The translations under genes were made by a program, and so were the position numbers. The notes under the pieces are model-generated. The model did not search any database. It worked only from the letters and a program-made list of their open reading frames with translations, and had not been told where the DNA came from. A stretch of DNA of 64,000 bases, taken from positions 1 to 64,000 of the forward strand of contig CAUYUJ010000329.1 of the NCBI GenBank assembly GCA_963575745.1. The letters run 5' to 3'. This document shows, piece by piece, positions 61,116 to 64,000 of this stretch. Position 1 is the stretch's first letter, and each line of letters begins with the position of its first letter. This DNA is from Prorocentrum cordatum (taxonomy: Eukaryota).

Positions 61116-64000
61116 CGGCGCGCGGAGGCTTTGGAGGTATCGGATCATACCCCAAGACGGTGGCAACACCATCCGATCATCCAGAAGGCTGGGTGGCAAT
61201 ATCAGATCATGACGGGGATATGACAAGTACCTATCGTTGGCAACCATACAACGAGGGCAACGACTTCTTTGGCGAAGCCGCTGACCAGATCGGCCAGATC
61301 GACCCTGGTCTTACCCCTGGCCCTGATGTTGACCCACTCGAGCTGGACCAAGCAAAGTGCAGCGCTTTCTGTGGTGGTCGTTTGGTTTCTACTCTTCTTT
61401 CAGATAATGGGTGGTGTTCCCTCGTACAAGAAGACTTGGGACTACTCTTGCATCATGCATTTGGTCCATCAGGGCACGCGTACAAATGGACCAACTTATA
61501 CACCGACTCAACGTGGAGTATGCAGGCCAAGAAAGGGGCCAAGAGTGCAAAACACAAGAAGTACCCAACTTACGGCATCGACGAGCTCAACACTGCACAG
61601 AAGCGAGAAGATCTCGCCAAGGCATCAAACGTTGCTCTCGTACCGCTATTTATGCCGTGCCTCAACCGCGCGGAATACATGGGCGGCGCTACTCTCGAGC
61701 ATTTGTCGACCATGATCCGCGACGACATCATGATGTGGGCATTCTCCTTTGGCAATTATAAAGAATGGTTCAGACAGAACGACACGCCGATCGGCCAAGA
61801 TTGCGTTCGATTGCCAGAGGCTGGTGGAGACACCCGCTATGGTATGGAAGAACTGCGTAACCAGCGTTTCGATACACAAGAAGCCCGTACCACAGCTATT
61901 CTCAACGACCAGTATGAGTGCACTCTCGAGCAGCGCAACATGATCAGGATGATCCGCGAAGCCAGAGGCCTCATGTTACACAGCGACAATCCCTCCATCA
62001 AAAAGTGGCGCGAGTTAAACGAGACTTTTTGGAGCTACTGGGCCAATGATTTTCCAGCATATGTGAAACAAAGACATTATTGCAGGGGCCTCAATGCCAT
62101 GGTGGCATGGAGCGCGAATGACATCGCATGCGCCAACCACGGACAGAACACCGCGGACATGCGTCGACATCAGAATCGTGCACCTACTGACGTATATGAG
62201 CTCCAGAAATGGAATGTGAGGGTGGCGTCCCGACGCTCATGCCAGTACACGTACACGTGGACGTATCACGTTTTGTCGATGTGCTGCAGTACTTCCGCTG
62301 TCCCACAGTCGTGGGGCCTGGCAAAGCAGCACAATGGGGCGTACATCCGAACTTTGATCACCACACGAACGACCTGATCAATATTATGCAAAATCGTGGT
62401 ATCACTGTTCTTCCATCAGATCACTGGGTGGAAGCGTACGATAGGATTACCCCGCAGGCTTGGCATGCAAAACAGAACAACCATAACATGGCGATGTTTA
62501 CAACACAGTTCCGCGACGCAGTATGCTATCGTAACTTCTGCGCTTTGATTCAGTCACTGCCCTCTCAACCATATCCATTCAGGGCGCCATTATTGATTCC
62601 TGTCACGGATGAGCAGGCCTACACACAGGCCAAAGAGATCATGGCTGCTCTCGACTTCAGAGAAAGGATGACAAACGAATGGAAAAGAGATCACGACGCG
62701 ATGACACAGACGGCAAGCGAAATGGCTCATTGTGCGTGGATGGCATCATGTGCCGATGGTACGTTGCCGGCATCACTCCCTGCTGACGCAGGCGACACAA
62801 CGGAACCTATTCCTGGAATGCCGAAACGGACACCAGCACCTGATCCTAGCGAGCCAGACAAAGCTATCCCTGAAAATGATCCATGGGGTGTAGCGTACGA
62901 CGACTTATTCAACGACTATCAACGACTATCCTGGGGCTTGGGCATCCTGGCATTCAGTCGAGAAACAAGAGCTCCTCCACCCCAAGATCATTAAAACGGT
63001 TGAAGATGCACATGCAGTTACTTGGGTTGTGTTCGAGCAGTTTTTACAACAGATTACTGACTTGGATGGAGATGATAACGCGACCAAGTCACGACTCACT
63101 GCGGAAAACAACAGGTTGACTTCTCACTGTATCGGCCCTGCTGCCGAGAACGAGCGGACCATCATAGCATGCAAAACTTTCTTCAGGCAGAATGCACTAG
63201 ATCGCGTGGCATTGGGATATGATCCTGATGTTCCGACGTCCGTGTGGCGTGCGGCGGCTGATACAGAACAGCCAGCCCCACCAGGCCCATTGCCTGACCC
63301 ACTGCAACCTGGACCGCAATCGATAGACGTGCCACAGCCATCGACTCCTGGACCAACAGCAGACCAGCAGCCAGCAGATCAGCTCCCAAAAGCTGAGGCG
63401 GTACCGATCCCTGACAACGGCACTGACCTAGAGGCCATGGAGCTGGAGGCAACTCCTGCCGAAGAGGAATCTTCTCCACACGAGATGAATTTATTATCAT
63501 GGCAGGACAGCTGCGAGCGTTCCATGTATGAGGACATCAGCCAGGTCGGGATGTTCGATAACGCATGCACTATTCGAGAGTGGAAGCTGCAAGCAGGCAT
63601 CAAGGATGACCATCCGTACGTATGTCCAGTATTGCGGGGTACATCCGCGATCAATGGATTCGCCTGCCTGGACAACAAAGACTGGTACGAGCAACTGTTA
63701 CACGATGATTGTGTGATTGCTCACGCGCCTGATATCGCACAGTCTGGTTGCTTTCCAGAATGGAAGTGGATATCGCTACCAAAATTACGACGACGTACGT
63801 TATGGTCCCGAGTTAATTGATGATGAATGGCTGGGAGCAAACAAATACATGAGCAAAGACATCGCGACCATGTTACGCCACGAGATTCACTACAAAAAGT
63901 TCTATATAAATCAATTTCACGATAGACGGGTCAACATTTGGACGAAAACAACAGATCGTGAATGGAAGATTCCAAGCAATTGGAAATCCTTTCAGGAAAT
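61112..64000 (+). CDS. Extra post-pol coding region (frameshifted pieces 61112-62210, 62209-62994, 63029-63820, 63717->64000); SGNH-like domain and possible Tpt1/KptA start
   Basis: Consecutive long, high-complexity ORFs that abut or overlap; motifs YTDST, GGAT, WSAND, WH and MSKDIATMLRH. Confidence 0.6.

Larger units (their letters stand above)
50944..64000 (+). mobile_element. Large Ty1/copia LTR retrotransposon, truncated by the window end, mildly degenerate
   Basis: Domain order Gag-PR-IN-RT-RH; candidate LTR and PBS; long repeat-free coding sequence distinct from the surrounding DNA. Confidence 0.92.

Noticed and set aside
60303..63820. env-like gene in the copia 3' region
   Set aside because: No signal peptide or hydrophobic transmembrane segment is visible in the available sequence.

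Overview
GC-rich, repeat-dense eukaryotic DNA, almost certainly from a dinoflagellate: it has tandem relict spliced-leader copies (CCATTTTGGCTCAAG-like), an acpPC-type light-harvesting polyprotein with SPLR linkers, and GC-AG introns. About the first 50 kb is a mosaic of microsatellites, minisatellites, MITE-like/foldback elements and three decayed LINEs with nested insertions. It also holds a few host gene pieces: three exons of an SLC35A-like nucleotide-sugar transporter, an LHC retro-pseudogene, a Cys/Trp-repeat pseudogene and possible PPR fragments. From about 50,944 to the window end lies a very large (>13 kb, truncated) Ty1/copia LTR retrotransposon. It has a candidate 197-bp 5' LTR, a Ty5/copia-like half-tRNA primer site, a coiled-coil region, a Gag with three CCCH fingers and an RS-rich tract, and then PR-IN-RT-RH. 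After RNase H there is over 4 kb of extra coding sequence with SGNH-hydrolase-like motifs and, at the window edge, a possible Tpt1/KptA-like 'SK..A..LRH' start. That cargo-carrying copia is the best candidate for an undescribed system. All family calls rest on motif recognition by eye; no searches were run.
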